A stretch of DNA of 63,352 bases, counting the filler, from Choristocarpus tenellus KU-1152 (Eukaryota > Protista > Phaeophyceae), in assembly GCA_964200185.2 (NCBI GenBank). It is 13 parts of 13 records of this genome, joined end to end, with 100 filler letters (N's around TTAATTAATTAA, not from the genome) between each part and the next. Parts side by side here need not be neighbours in the genome. Positions count along the whole stretch, not along the records: positions 38,765 to 46,265 come from CAXNAD020006059.1; positions 46,366 to 49,308 come from CAXNAD020023472.1; positions 49,409 to 56,539 come from CAXNAD020006638.1; 10 more parts are not named here. The stretch is one strand, 5' to 3'. Numbering within the stretch: position 1 is the stretch's first letter; each line of letters starts with the position of its first letter. The position numbers and the translations under genes are program-made. The notes below the pieces were generated by a model. The model was not told the DNA's origin, made no database searches, and saw nothing but the letters and a program-made list of their open reading frames with translations. Below are positions 39,228-51,527 of this stretch, piece after piece.

Positions 39228-40047
39228 CGTCCGATCAAAGACGAGGGTGATCTTTTCCGTGCCTGGGGGCATCGAGGCAATGGCCTCCTCAATCCTTGGG
39301 GAACGGCATCGTTACAGATGAGTTACACAACGGTCGTTGCACAAAGGATCGTGAGACAGGCACACCGGCAAGGCAACTGAGGGGAGGGGGAGAACCGTCT
39401 CTTTGGAATACGTGCAAGGTGAAGGGGGCGGATGGGTCACATACAACATCGACTCTTGACTACGACCACGGCAGCTTGTTCTTGGGTTAACTAACTGTCA
39501 CAGCGGGTGAAAAAATGCCTCTGAATGTTGTGCAAACCTCGCATTCAGGGTAATGAAAACACTTCCCACAAACTTGGTGCAAGAAAGCAGGGTCGTGTTT
39601 GCCGAACAGGGTGATCCTTCCATGCATCACCCATGAACCTTCAGGACAGAACACTTACACAGATAATCGTGCTACCGACCACTACATAGATATATACACC
39701 CGAGTCCTCCAGATAGATGTCTGATTCACTCCATGAAAAGTGGACTCCTGGGCTCAGCTACAAATCGTAGTACGGACAACAGAAATGATTCCTATCAGAA
39801 AAAGTTGTTCTACTTAGAAATTGAAATGAATCAGAAACATGCAACAAACAGGGCATGGTGTGTCACACATTTTGAAGAAAATAGTCCTCACAGAAGATGA
39901 AACCTGCAAGGGTCATAGATGGAGAGTCAAGGCTCACTTCTCATTTCTCTTTCCTCAGGAAAACATGTATAATTCTACATACTAACCTGTAAATAATCAT
40001 CTTCGTGGCCTCGTCTATGTCTCGATCCCATGGGGTCTAAGGAGCAA

Positions 40048-40082
<35 letters not shown>

Positions 40083-41698
40083 AGGGAGGGGGCGAGGAGG
40101 ATATTCCACAAATAAAATTAATCTTATGGCAAGGATCAACAAAATTTTGAACTGCAAAAATCGCCTGGTGGATAGTGTAAAGGGGAAGAAAATGGCAAGC
40201 ATTTTGACAATCATGCCACATTCCTCTACTTCAATAGACATTGCACATTCGCATGTCTTGAGGCCCCACTCTAAGCATAGTGATGACCTGAACTCTCATA
40301 CAAACACGATACAACTGTAGCTACAATTGTCGTGCACATGGTAGAGCTTTGCGTCTAGCCTATCAAGCACAACAGAAGTTTCCGTGCAAGTAAGTCAAAT
40401 AAGGTTTCTACCACAGTCTTTGCAAATATTATTACCACACATTAGTTAGATGCTTCCAAACGTTTCTCAGTGGTAAGTGGAAGGATAAGCAACCTCAAGC
40501 CAACCAACCTGCAACCGGACCAGGTACCAGATGACAGGGTGCCCCTTCAGGTCCTTTGAGCGGACGTAACACTTCCCAGACCTTGGGGAGGCAGGTTGAA
40601 AGTTATGTTGATGATGAATGAAACAAGGTGAAACAGGAAGGAGAGAGAATTGTGAGTGGAGAAGGTAGAAGGGAGAGGCAAACAATGTAGACGACCACGA
40701 AAGACGAAAAGTAACATTTTTTGCGGTGGTAAGAAGAAGATCGCCGGGCACTGGAGTCAAACATAGAAGAAATAGCAACCCTCCATCCTACCTACTAATA
40801 CCCAACGAAACAAAAGCTTTTTCTCAACTGTGGTTTCAACCTTCAAGGAGCACATTCATACTTGAAGTCACTGGGAGGTCAGATCACGAGCAGGAGGAAT
40901 ACGATCTCATGTGGAATTCGACCAAAAGAACGGTACCCTCCTCCATGGCATACCTGAGCTCTTTAGTGATACTACTCTTCTGGATGGGTAAATTGGCTTC
41001 TTTCCAAGCGAGGTGATCCTTGAGCAAGGCATTTGCGGCGTCTAGGTCGTTGTTCCTGGAAATCTGCACATTGCATCAGAAGTCGAGGATTCCGGCCATC
41101 TTTTTCAAAGACACACAACTAGCGACATCATATATATTCACTCAACATTATTGCCTGATGAGCAATATTTTATCCACCAACGCCGTGATCAATTGCAGGG
41201 GTGCCATCTGAAAGCATTTTGACAACATAAGAACAATGTTGAGTAGCTTCATGGGCTATTGACTTGACTTGTTCTTAATCCAGAATCAAACCGGCACTTA
41301 GACCCACGCCTAACGCTATTATTTACTCTCTAGCTTTTAGCATCCCTCACCAGGAACCGCCTTCGAGTTGCTTCATCCACCCCAGGATGCAAATTTCTAA
41401 GGCTCTCCATCGCCTCCAAATTCACCTCCATGGGCGAAATCTTTGGAGAGGACAGCAAATGGTGAAGAGTGTCTAAGCCAAGGAAAATCAATTGCACTGA
41501 ATGCGGACAGTCTTTGCCCAGATGTGACGCCGAAGGCAATGCAGCTAATAAGTGTGCACTCACATTATGAACAATATCGGGCTCCTCATCTTTGATAGTC
41601 ACGGTGGTGGACTCTGCAGCGGCCATATCTCCACTAGATTCTGCTGTGACACCTGCCTCACTCAAGGTCAAGAGGACCTCCTTAGCAACTGTGGTCAT
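39228..41698 (-). CDS. CRAL-TRIO (Sec14-like) lipid-binding protein, exons 41698-41351, 41063-40954, 40581-40509, 40036-39987, 39294-39228; 3' end missing
   Basis: Spliced DEATRRRFLISRNNDLDAANALLKDHLAWK...GKCYVRSKDLKGHPVIW...IIYRIEEAIASMPPGTEKITLVFDRT; all phases compatible. Confidence 0.9.
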
Positions 41699-42030
41699 TC
41701 AGTTTGTTCATACAGAAAGTAATATATATTAAATTGACGAAATATAGATTCATTTGATGAGATTGGTTGACAAGAAATAGTACTTTGATAATAAAGAGCC
41801 GTCAAATTAACGGTAAGGCAGTCAAAGACCTTGGTCCTTATTATATCCTCGTCCTTGCGGCCTGCTCCTTTTGCTTGTGGTGTACCACTACTGTACAAAG
41901 TAGTTAGTAGGGCACATCCACCAGTTTAAGTGCGCTGTATCACTGTCCGCTTCGTGTGCACACATTGCCTACACTCCTCACCCCTTCTCCAGAACGTTTT
42001 GTTGAGATTTCCTCGACTTGTTTGTGCATC

Positions 42031-44552
42031 ATGGTAACAATGACATCCCCAGAGGTCACAGCTACAATGAATGACTTCTGTACCGATGATCCCACTCACC
42101 GACGCTGGTGCAAGAATCCAGTGACTAAGGGCTCGGGGTTGCGTTATCTCCCTTCTCCTCGCCACCGCATGTTTTCTGGGGTGAGAATGGATGCATGGTG
42201 TACATTTCCCTTGTATCACCCACCCGACTCTTCGCATAAAGGAGACCTTAAGGGCAGTAACTGGGGAAATAATGTTCTTTACTGGAATCGTGGAGGGGTC
42301 ATGAGCAGTCGTTGGGATGAGTGGTCACCTCTCTTGCTCACTATTCGAGCATCTGACGAGGGACTTCCCTCTGCTTTCACAGACGTTGTTGTCCCTGAAC
42401 CCCTGCCGCCTACGCAAGAAGCCCCAGGCTTGTTGAGGAGGGTGCTGGCACTCTCCCCAGCAAAAAGGTGAGTGGAAGAGGTAAAGGAATTGCTGATGTT
42501 GGTGTTACATCTCGTAGGTCAATTGTTGGCAAGTACCGTTCTTTCAGATCCTCTGCCGTAGTAGACGTCCCTTCACACTGCAACAAAGGTCATCAAAGAT
42601 AGCCAGGTTTAGCCAGGAATTGCTCCCACGTGCGGTATGGCGATGTCATTGGCGACTGAAGCTGAAGCATGATGCAGCAGCAAGTCGACAATGTTCCGTG
42701 TTACATCGACTCAACTGTCCAAAACCTTTCCCTCTTGGCCTTTTCTCGTGGCCAAGGATGAAAGTAATCAGGTGCAAGTCTGTACGCCTACACTCAATTC
42801 TTAAAAAAATATCTTGTGAAATTCTGACCAACTTCCGACCACATGAAACCCCAACACAAACTAATACTAGGCGGGAGTGGCTTTCGGATCGTCAGAAACC
42901 ATTTGAACATCTTTCACTTCGGGGGCTGACCAGGATTTTTTTATTTTCAGCTGCAAATGCCTCCATACCTGTATTAAATATGATTGCTGAAGACGAGTGT
43001 GATGTGAGTAAGGTGGGTCGCTGATCCTTAGAAGACAAAAGTATTAAGGGTCAGGGTTATTTCAATTCGAAACTCTATAGTGTTCCGAGTATGAGTGAGC
43101 AGTGTGCAGGTTCTCTTTTATATGTATCAACAAAAGCTCAAGTCTCATCAGAGTGCCCTGCAAACAACATATAAGTACTCTTTCTGCACACCTTCTACCA
43201 CCACAGTGTACACAATCAACATCAATCATATCAGTACAGTTAGGTCTGTCCTTCAGTGAAGCACCTCATGGGAGAGTAGTACATCCAAATATTCTCTGTA
43301 CAGTGTGGAAGGTAGAGTTTCTTCTTGGTTTTGACTTCCTACTCTTAGTCCCACCAGGTCAGCAGCAGTAGTTGCTGTTGTTACTCAAGGTCAACAAACT
43401 GCCCAAGGTAGAGATTAGTTGCACCCAACCTACTCACACGCAACACTATCATGAGATGATGAAGTTGTGTACTTTGATGATGTAATCCTCTCTGTCAGAT
43501 GGAAAGCAATGCTCTGTGTGGTGAGCTTAGAGTACAGGATATATATTTTGCCAAGGTTACAAGCGTTTCAACTACGGTTTCAACATAAGGATGTGTGTTC
43601 ATCGACCTCCCTTGAGAGTAATCTATCGAATTGCCATGGCAGTGCTGTTGAGGTGCCCCCACAAACCAAATGTCCACACGGTTCCAACTCTCTTTATTGT
43701 CACCTTGTACTAAACCTTCCTTTGTTTGCCTTGCAATGGATGTCCATGCGGTGGATGGGGCTGGATCAAAATGACTAGGACTGGGAGGAAGCAGATTCTC
43801 AACAGTTGATTCGTGACTTCTTTTCAAGGGTAAGAGACTCTCTTTCAACTCTCTGCTTACTTTTGATAACTCCTTGAGTCCCCCTTCCCCAAACGGTTCA
43901 CCTTCTCACAAAAGTGTGTGTTGAAGCATAAGATCCACACATGTACACACGGATAAAACATGCATACACGTTCTCCTGTGCCATTCTCTCTATGTTGAAC
44001 ACAGCGCCTTCAGCTTCATCTCATTTCACCCTGATTATAATCAGTCGAGAAATGAATTTGTTGTAGGTGGTGATAGCGGTGATAATGGTTATAGTAATAA
44101 TGAGAGATGGGAGAGTACTAAAATGGAGTTGTGACAAGAATACCCTCCCTACAGGAGCAGTTCATAATTGATGATGCATGAGGTGCTGGGGTGTCCATGC
44201 ATTCAATGAGAGGGCAGCTATCATAGAGTTACATGGTACTCTCAAAAATATGATTGGGACAAGGTACTGGCATAGTATATCTCAACGTCACTTCAGTATT
44301 CACTCTCCTGCAGAGTTAATGTCATTCAATGTCTGATATCATACAACCGATCCCTTCCTACCTTAATGGGGTTTTTTATTATTCTCACCTATGTACAACT
44401 CATATGGCTCTCTCTGGTACATACGTTCCTGTTTGCCTATGCAGTTGAAGAAAAATATGGTGAACAACCTTATCTTGACCTCTCTGAGGAGATGTATGGA
44501 GCACATGGCAGTTTCACAACTCTCCATGCGATTGGCAGATCGCCTGACCAAG
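42031..44552 (+). CDS. Uncharacterised protein, exons 42031-42467, 42548-42588, 42951-43003, 43499-43520, 44445-44552; probably continues
   Basis: Five consecutive exons with GT-AG junctions join into one open frame; no domain recognised. Confidence 0.6.
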
Positions 44553-47500
44553 GTGTGTCTGGTGCTTTGCAGGGCGGTGCGAGGGTTTGTTTCCCCCATT
44601 TTTTTATGTTTTAGGTGCCTACATATTGAGTGCACAATTGAGCTCTTTGCTGTACTATTTTGATTGCACGTGCGTGTGTGATTATCTCGTAAAGGTCCCG
44701 ACCTCTTGAAACTGAGATTACACCATGCCCAACATGAATCCACACGAGATGTCTCCATGCCCACACTGATGTTGAGGAAGTAGACAACCTCCATGTTCCT
44801 GCCATACGCCTTCAAGCATTGAGGGGTTAGGGTTAGGGTTAACGAGGGAGATGGTGTGGTTTGGCTCCAAGGTAGGCCTCTCAGGGAAATAGACCTCTAC
44901 TTTGAATAGTGGAAAGTTGCAGGTGAGATGTTGGTAAGTGGTTGGGGTCAACAACCACATGCTTCGAAGTAGTACTGTAATTGTTTCATGAACTATAGGC
45001 TTTTTTGTCATCAAACTGTTCAAGTTGTTGGGGGCAAGTGTTAGGGATCGGGTAACTGGCTCCGTAGCAGTGTGAAGTTGCTCTGTAGCGCTTGTGTTGT
45101 CACCATCGCTGATCTATACGTATGTACCTGGATCACCCCCAAGACCCTAAGCAGGTATGCTCCATGAAGTAGAAAATAACGCCGGATAATGCTGGGTAAT
45201 TTGATCAGGTTGCGTGGTTTTTGACTCGCGGCTCTGCCCACGAGGGAATGTCCTCCCCCAGGAGAGGCCCAGTGAAGTATCCCATATTGTATACAAGCCA
45301 ATTCAATGTGCTGTTAAGCGTCTTGCGTTCTGTGATTCTGATGCGTGTTAACGACCATTGAGATCGCTATTGAGTGCATTGTACTGTGGGGTCCAAAGTA
45401 TTGCCAAGTCGAGTATTGAATCGAGTCCTGGACAAATTGAATGGATCCTACCATTGTGAGTTTTGACGTGGATAGCAGGCGTCCATGACCATCATGAAGA
45501 AGTGGATTGTGAGGCAAGTTAGTAGAAGCGCAAAAAACATCATCCGATAATTTGAAGAGAAACTCGCGGGGGAGTACGTGAGCGCCTTCATTATTATTTA
45601 ACTCCATGGTTGGTCAAACAGCAGTTGTTGGAGGGTTGAATGGTATGTCCCGTCGAGATTGGAAAGGTTGCATCCATCTGCTGGCAGTTGAAAGGCTTGC
45701 ATCGAAGTAAGCTGGAGCATGTGTTACATACATATAGTATTACTGTACAGTTTTTACCCGGAGGACTCACTCAGCAACATGGGCAGCATAGACGTGTGTA
45801 TGCCACGCGAGGAAAGGAGCTTCATGACGAACTCGAACTCTGCCCGCCCCCCACCTCATGGACAAGAAGATTCGTTTTTTTTTTCTTGCCTAAGATTCTT
45901 GTTGGGTCAACTGGAGGCGAGGGGGGTCTGTTGTACGGACCGCAACATGTGCCAAGCTAAAAGTTAGTCCCGTCCTCAACTGACTCCTGTTTTCCATGCT
46001 GGAACTAAAGACACCTTCTCATGCACTTGAGCTATGCTCCATCTGTAGGACATCTCCAAGTCTGCCGTGAGGAAGGTGGAACGCCTGGGTAGGATAGGGG
46101 CGGGGTGCAAGATGGTATCCACAGCTGGGTATTCCTCGGGTATACTTTTTCTGGCACAGTTCACCTTCAATGAGATGTTGCTGCTTGTCATGATGTGGTG
46201 AGACTGTCCTTTCAAGAGATGTGGGGGTAGGGGAGGAGGGGGGGGGGGGGGGCTATGCGATTGGTNNNNNNNNNNNNNNNNNNNNNNNNNNNNNNNNNNN
46301 NNNNNNNNNTTAATTAATTAANNNNNNNNNNNNNNNNNNNNNNNNNNNNNNNNNNNNNNNNNNNNATGATGTCATTAGATCTTTGAGGCAACTTCGATTC
46401 ACCATCACGATACGTACGTATCTTACATCGGAACATCCAAGTCTAGAATCGAACCACCATACAATATTCTTGTGCCATCGCATCGGTATCGTTTCATCTG
46501 GTCTACTCATTCCAATCCTAGCGTGTTTGTTGATAATATTAATGAGTACTTGACTTCAATCCCCACTCCATACTTCTTGCTTAGTGTTCGACTGGCATAC
46601 TTCATGGCGTTCAACGTTGATTACGTGGACGTATACTCACTGGCGAATAACTTGACCGAAAACTGGACCTACCTTGTTCCATCACACAACAAAAATTGCA
46701 AAGCAAAGGAACACCAACATTTCAGGTCAAGCTTCGATACAAAATCCACAAGTAGATGACTTGCTGCCATTTCTGTTCGTTTTTAGTGCTCTACTTCTTG
46801 ACTTAAGCGGAATTGATGGTGATTTCAAGCTTCGAGGCTAGGACAGGAGACATCAATATAAGATACTATCCGCAACTTGTTTCAGGACTTACACTAACTG
46901 ACAAAATATTGTAAGTTCTCGTTCTTCCACGTTGGTACTGTTGATGCTGGTGCCTGCTTGTCTTCATGTCAATGGATGATGCGAGTCATTTCGGTAGTAG
47001 TAGCTGCTCATCCATCCTCTTTTTCCGTATTCATCCTTTATCTTTTCTCTATTAATACTGTAATAATGTCATGAGATAGAAATCATTGCATCTCAGGGTA
47101 TCAAGGAGAACCTATCGATATGGAAATAGTAATTTGCAAGAACGCAGATCAAGAATGAATTTTTCGTGAGGCTTCACAACTTAGCACTTTTAACTACGAT
47201 TTGGTGGAAACCAGATCAGTGCGGTTTCACCGTGTTGTGGGGTGAGATGATAGAACATATCTGGGCACATAGAAAGATCGAGATTTCGAGGTACCAGAGA
47301 TGACCAAGCCTGATCAAGTCTTCATTGATCAACGTGAATGGGGCATGAGTAGGGAGTAGGTAGTCTTAGGATGAAATTCTGTTTAACTCCGTCAAGGAGA
47401 TGCAAATGAAAGAACATGGACGATCATCTTCAATGAGGAGGGAAAAAATAATCACGGGAAACTCCCAGTGGTAGCGCAGAGATCGCGATCAAATTACAGC

Positions 47501-48039
47501 TGTTTAGCTGTAGCACCAAGCATTATATACTTGCGAATATAAAATTCAACAGCATATGAAATGGATGTTCCTTCAATCAGAAACACATAGAACTAGAAAA
47601 AGAAAGTCAATTTTAAACCACTCATAAACACGGGGATGGAGTTGGACATACACCATCACTGAAATAACTGTTCAACAAAACAGGTGTCCTCCTCATGAAA
47701 TATAAAATATATGTAACAGGTGTGAAGGAGTCATTTGGAAAAATGAACACAAGTGTTCTTTGTTCATATGTGAATGCACATGTAAAAAAAAAAAAAACTT
47801 GCCATAAGTTGATATTGTCCACAACAAACATCGTTGTAAATATATATCAATATATATATTGAACAACAACACAACCTCAAATCATTGAATGAAACACAAG
47901 TATAATTCGCAACACAAATACAGTTATAAATGTATCACCTGCACTATGAAGTTCAAATCAAGTATGGAAACTTTTCATGGATCAAAGTTGGTAACAACCG
48001 AAGGTTTTATGTTGGAATTGGGTGTATGCACACAATCAA

Positions 48040-48385
48040 TGTTGTTGCCCATACACAGAAGTAATTTCTATACATCACGGCAAATCACTTAGACGATAGA
48101 ATACATCAGAAGCACGATCATCACAACCTTTAAGGCGCAATCTATATTCTATGATCATAGGTGAATGAAGTCCACGGCAAACTTGTGTCCCACAATGGCT
48201 TCAATAATATAAGGGATCAGTAGACACCAGGGATTTTAACTCACCAAGATCCGGTAAGGGTAAGGTGCGTTCGAGAAAAAAATCGCTGAGATTCACAAAA
48301 TCAGGTTCAGGTGATTGTGTGTTCGGGATGTAAGGTTTCAAGTGGGCTAAGTGAACAGAGATGCCTTTGATGTTCCTTGATCGAA
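48040..48385 (-). mobile_element. Ty3/gypsy (chromovirus-type) integrase C-terminus plus chromodomain remnant
   Basis: SVHLAHLKPY followed after a frameshift by YIIEAIVGHK...EYRLRLKGCD; contains stops. Confidence 0.7.
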
Positions 48386-48564
48386 CTATATGACAACCAG
48401 AATGATGTGGTGTATGGGTATAGGATGAGTGTGGTGCTCAAAGTACGGCAATATACTCAGATTTTTCATTAAAAGCACTGTAAAAGTGCTCTCCCACTTC
48501 AGAACGATTGCCGACGTCGCTGCTGTGAAACAGATGGAAACAAGCCGACAGGTTCTTCGTACTG

Positions 48565-48786
48565 AAGGGGGTAGAGCCACGTCCTTTTGGGAGTCCAAAT
48601 CCATTGTTGTGATTTCGATGTAATTTTGGGTATCGTGTTTGATAGGAAGTGTCAATATCCTTGTTCCCGACACACCTATTCATAACCTACACATTTTACA
48701 TACTCCGAAACATTTCGGAAAAGGTAAAATGTCACTAAAATTAACAAGGGAAGCCAAGCCCCAAACAGACAAACAGGGCAAAACTC
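48565..48786 (+). mobile_element. MITE family A with both termini eroded
   Basis: Body colinear with 25750-25970. Confidence 0.9.
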
Positions 48787-51527
48787 TTATGTTACGGGCT
48801 GCAAAAGAGAGCTACTCAAGTAGAGTCTTTGCATCGTGTTGTATGGATATATTTATTTGCGGAGTGGGCACAGCCACCGAGCACAGCCATCGGTGTTGGG
48901 GGGGTGCTCTCTCTTATTATCTTATTGTTATTACATATGTCAGCTGACACTGCAGCTGACACATCCAAACGTGTCCTGCCGTTACATTGTATAATGTCAC
49001 TTATCCTGGGTGCCTGCATCAAGTATTAAGAAATTTATAATTTGAGAATGGAACCCGTCACTCTAGGAACACGACAACAAGTCAATGTCACTCGTTCCAC
49101 TTAGCCAACATTCCTGTTGCCTAACAGTTTTCACTAAACAGATATAAACCATATAGACTATCAGCATTGAACAACGGCCGTCCCTCAGAACTCACCTCCA
49201 CAGGATACAACTCAAATCCAACGACCTTAAAACGACGCTACGAGGGGGGTCCACAGATGATAACCACGTACGGTGTCAGCTTGATAGTTAGCTCAGTCAA
49301 TGTCTCGCNNNNNNNNNNNNNNNNNNNNNNNNNNNNNNNNNNNNNNNNNNNNTTAATTAATTAANNNNNNNNNNNNNNNNNNNNNNNNNNNNNNNNNNNN
49401 NNNNNNNNCTATCCTACTACCACCTTCGGCATGGATTCCCATTCAAAAAGGGGCCCTTAAAAAGTGCCGCAACATTTACAAAAAAAAACATACGGGCACT
49501 TTCCGCGCACCATTTTGGGTCTAACCCTCCATAGTATGCTCCATCCTCAATTTTGTTGAGAGGCTGTTATTTTCACATCTCTCTTCTCAAAAAAAATGTC
49601 TCGCTGAAAATATGTCCAGCATCGAAGGGGGTTAAACCACTCGAGGTGTCTCTCAGACTCAGCTGCCAGAAAGACCATCGATGGCATTCTCAACTTAAGA
49701 TGTGCCATCAGAGGTTACTTCAGGCCTGCTCTCCACACTCCCTCCTATTAGTGAGCATTCCAAGATCACATGGGTGACCCAGCAATAGGAGAACAGGGCA
49801 TGGGGACAAAACAGAATGACACACAAGTAGGTGATCTATCTGGATCTTGTTGCATTTTGGGGTATGAATCCATCATACAACAAAGGAAATTTGGAAGTTG
49901 TCATGACTCCACTATTGACTGATCTTCTAGTAACGGAGGAAGAATTTTCTAAATAAATGTGCAGTCATTTATTTAATGTCCGTCCAACTGCAGCTCGTGC
50001 ATTGCTAGTACTACCCCTCCTCTTAGCACATGTTCTCATTCCAATGTGTCAGAATTATTTCACTAATCTTGGCACCCTATCCATTTATGCACGGTTACTA
50101 TAGACCAGGACTACAATATGTTTTTGTAGTTATTCCACTGCATTGTAGGTCTCCTCGCAATCTTTCACCTCATTTATCTACACTTTGTGCACTGGTTATC
50201 ACTTTTGTGCCCCTCACCCCAACAGTTGGTTCCATATTTGTAACTCTCTACAATAAACGGTGTAATCTACATTTTTAGGATGGCGGGCTCATTTTTCCAA
50301 CACCAAAATGCACATTTGTTTTTCAAGAAAATATTTTACGGGTCATTTTTCCACACTATGCAAACTGTCAATTGTGGGAAGTGCAATCAATCAATGCAGC
50401 ATGCTTTCACATCGTTTGCCATGTCCCCAGCATCCTCTGCATTGGTCTCTTCTGGTGCTGAGCACTCTGTAGCACTACAAGATATGGTGCACTACCGTAA
50501 GATGCCTTGGGACTAAGGACTGCCCAGTCCCACATCCTCCTTGCGCACAATGATTAACCATACATAATTTTGCTACTAATTTGTTTACAGTTCTCCTTCT
50601 TCCCCCCCTCAACAGGCCATCAGTGGTTGGCATCTGTAATTTCAGTGTATGGGGCTCCTTACCTTAGCTACAATTGTACAAGTTGACATTTTGCAATATT
50701 TGTGCATTTCTTGCAATGATCACAATCTCACCAAGTCACATAGAACAGAGCTCTACTGCTCAATCAAGTAAACATCTACTTGGTAACTGCATCAGTTTGC
50801 CAAACCTATTAGCCATAATGGTTGACTTCCCACAACAACAAACAACGCACTTCTGCAACAATCTCATACCAACCACTGCATTTGGTCTGAAGATACCATC
50901 ACACCACACCACCCATAACCCATAACAAACCCACAAGAAGGCAGGCTGCTCTCAGTCACTGTACTCAGACTCATTGTTGTAGCTCCCACTGCAGATCCCA
51001 ACCAAAGTTCCTCTCTTGTCCATGCCCACATCTCCAACACAACAACAACAATCCTCTTTTCTACCAACCCCCCCCGGCCAAGGGCATAAATGATACACAC
51101 TCCCTTTGCTCTCTTCCTCCCAAACCATTTCATGAAGGCCATTGGCGCATGCCCTGCAGTCCCTTCAACCCAGTACAACAGTAGGTGGGATAGATGCATG
51201 TCCCAGGTTTCACACACGGACTCTCTTGGGCAGACAGCAGAATAAGAAAATTCCTAATATCCATTCCTCATCTCTCCACCGACTACAATATCAGAGGTTG
51301 CTGGAATGACACAACACATGTTGATTCTACCACCAACACTGAAACAAACAATTCACACAATGTTTGCGGTTTCTTGCTCAGTCATACAATACACACAAAC
51401 TAGACCACAACACTATATAAACCACTGGTGTGCCCTCAATAAGGAGTTTCTAACACTCAGAAGCCAGGGTTGTGTGGAACGGAAGGGTAAACTGCTTGGG
51501 GGCACTTCTTTATGTTGGCTGCTGCTA

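Noticed and set aside
44680-45640. Minus-strand ORFs of 86-101 aa inside the unrecognised gene
   Set aside because: No recognisable motif or splice-consistent model; probably decayed repeat.
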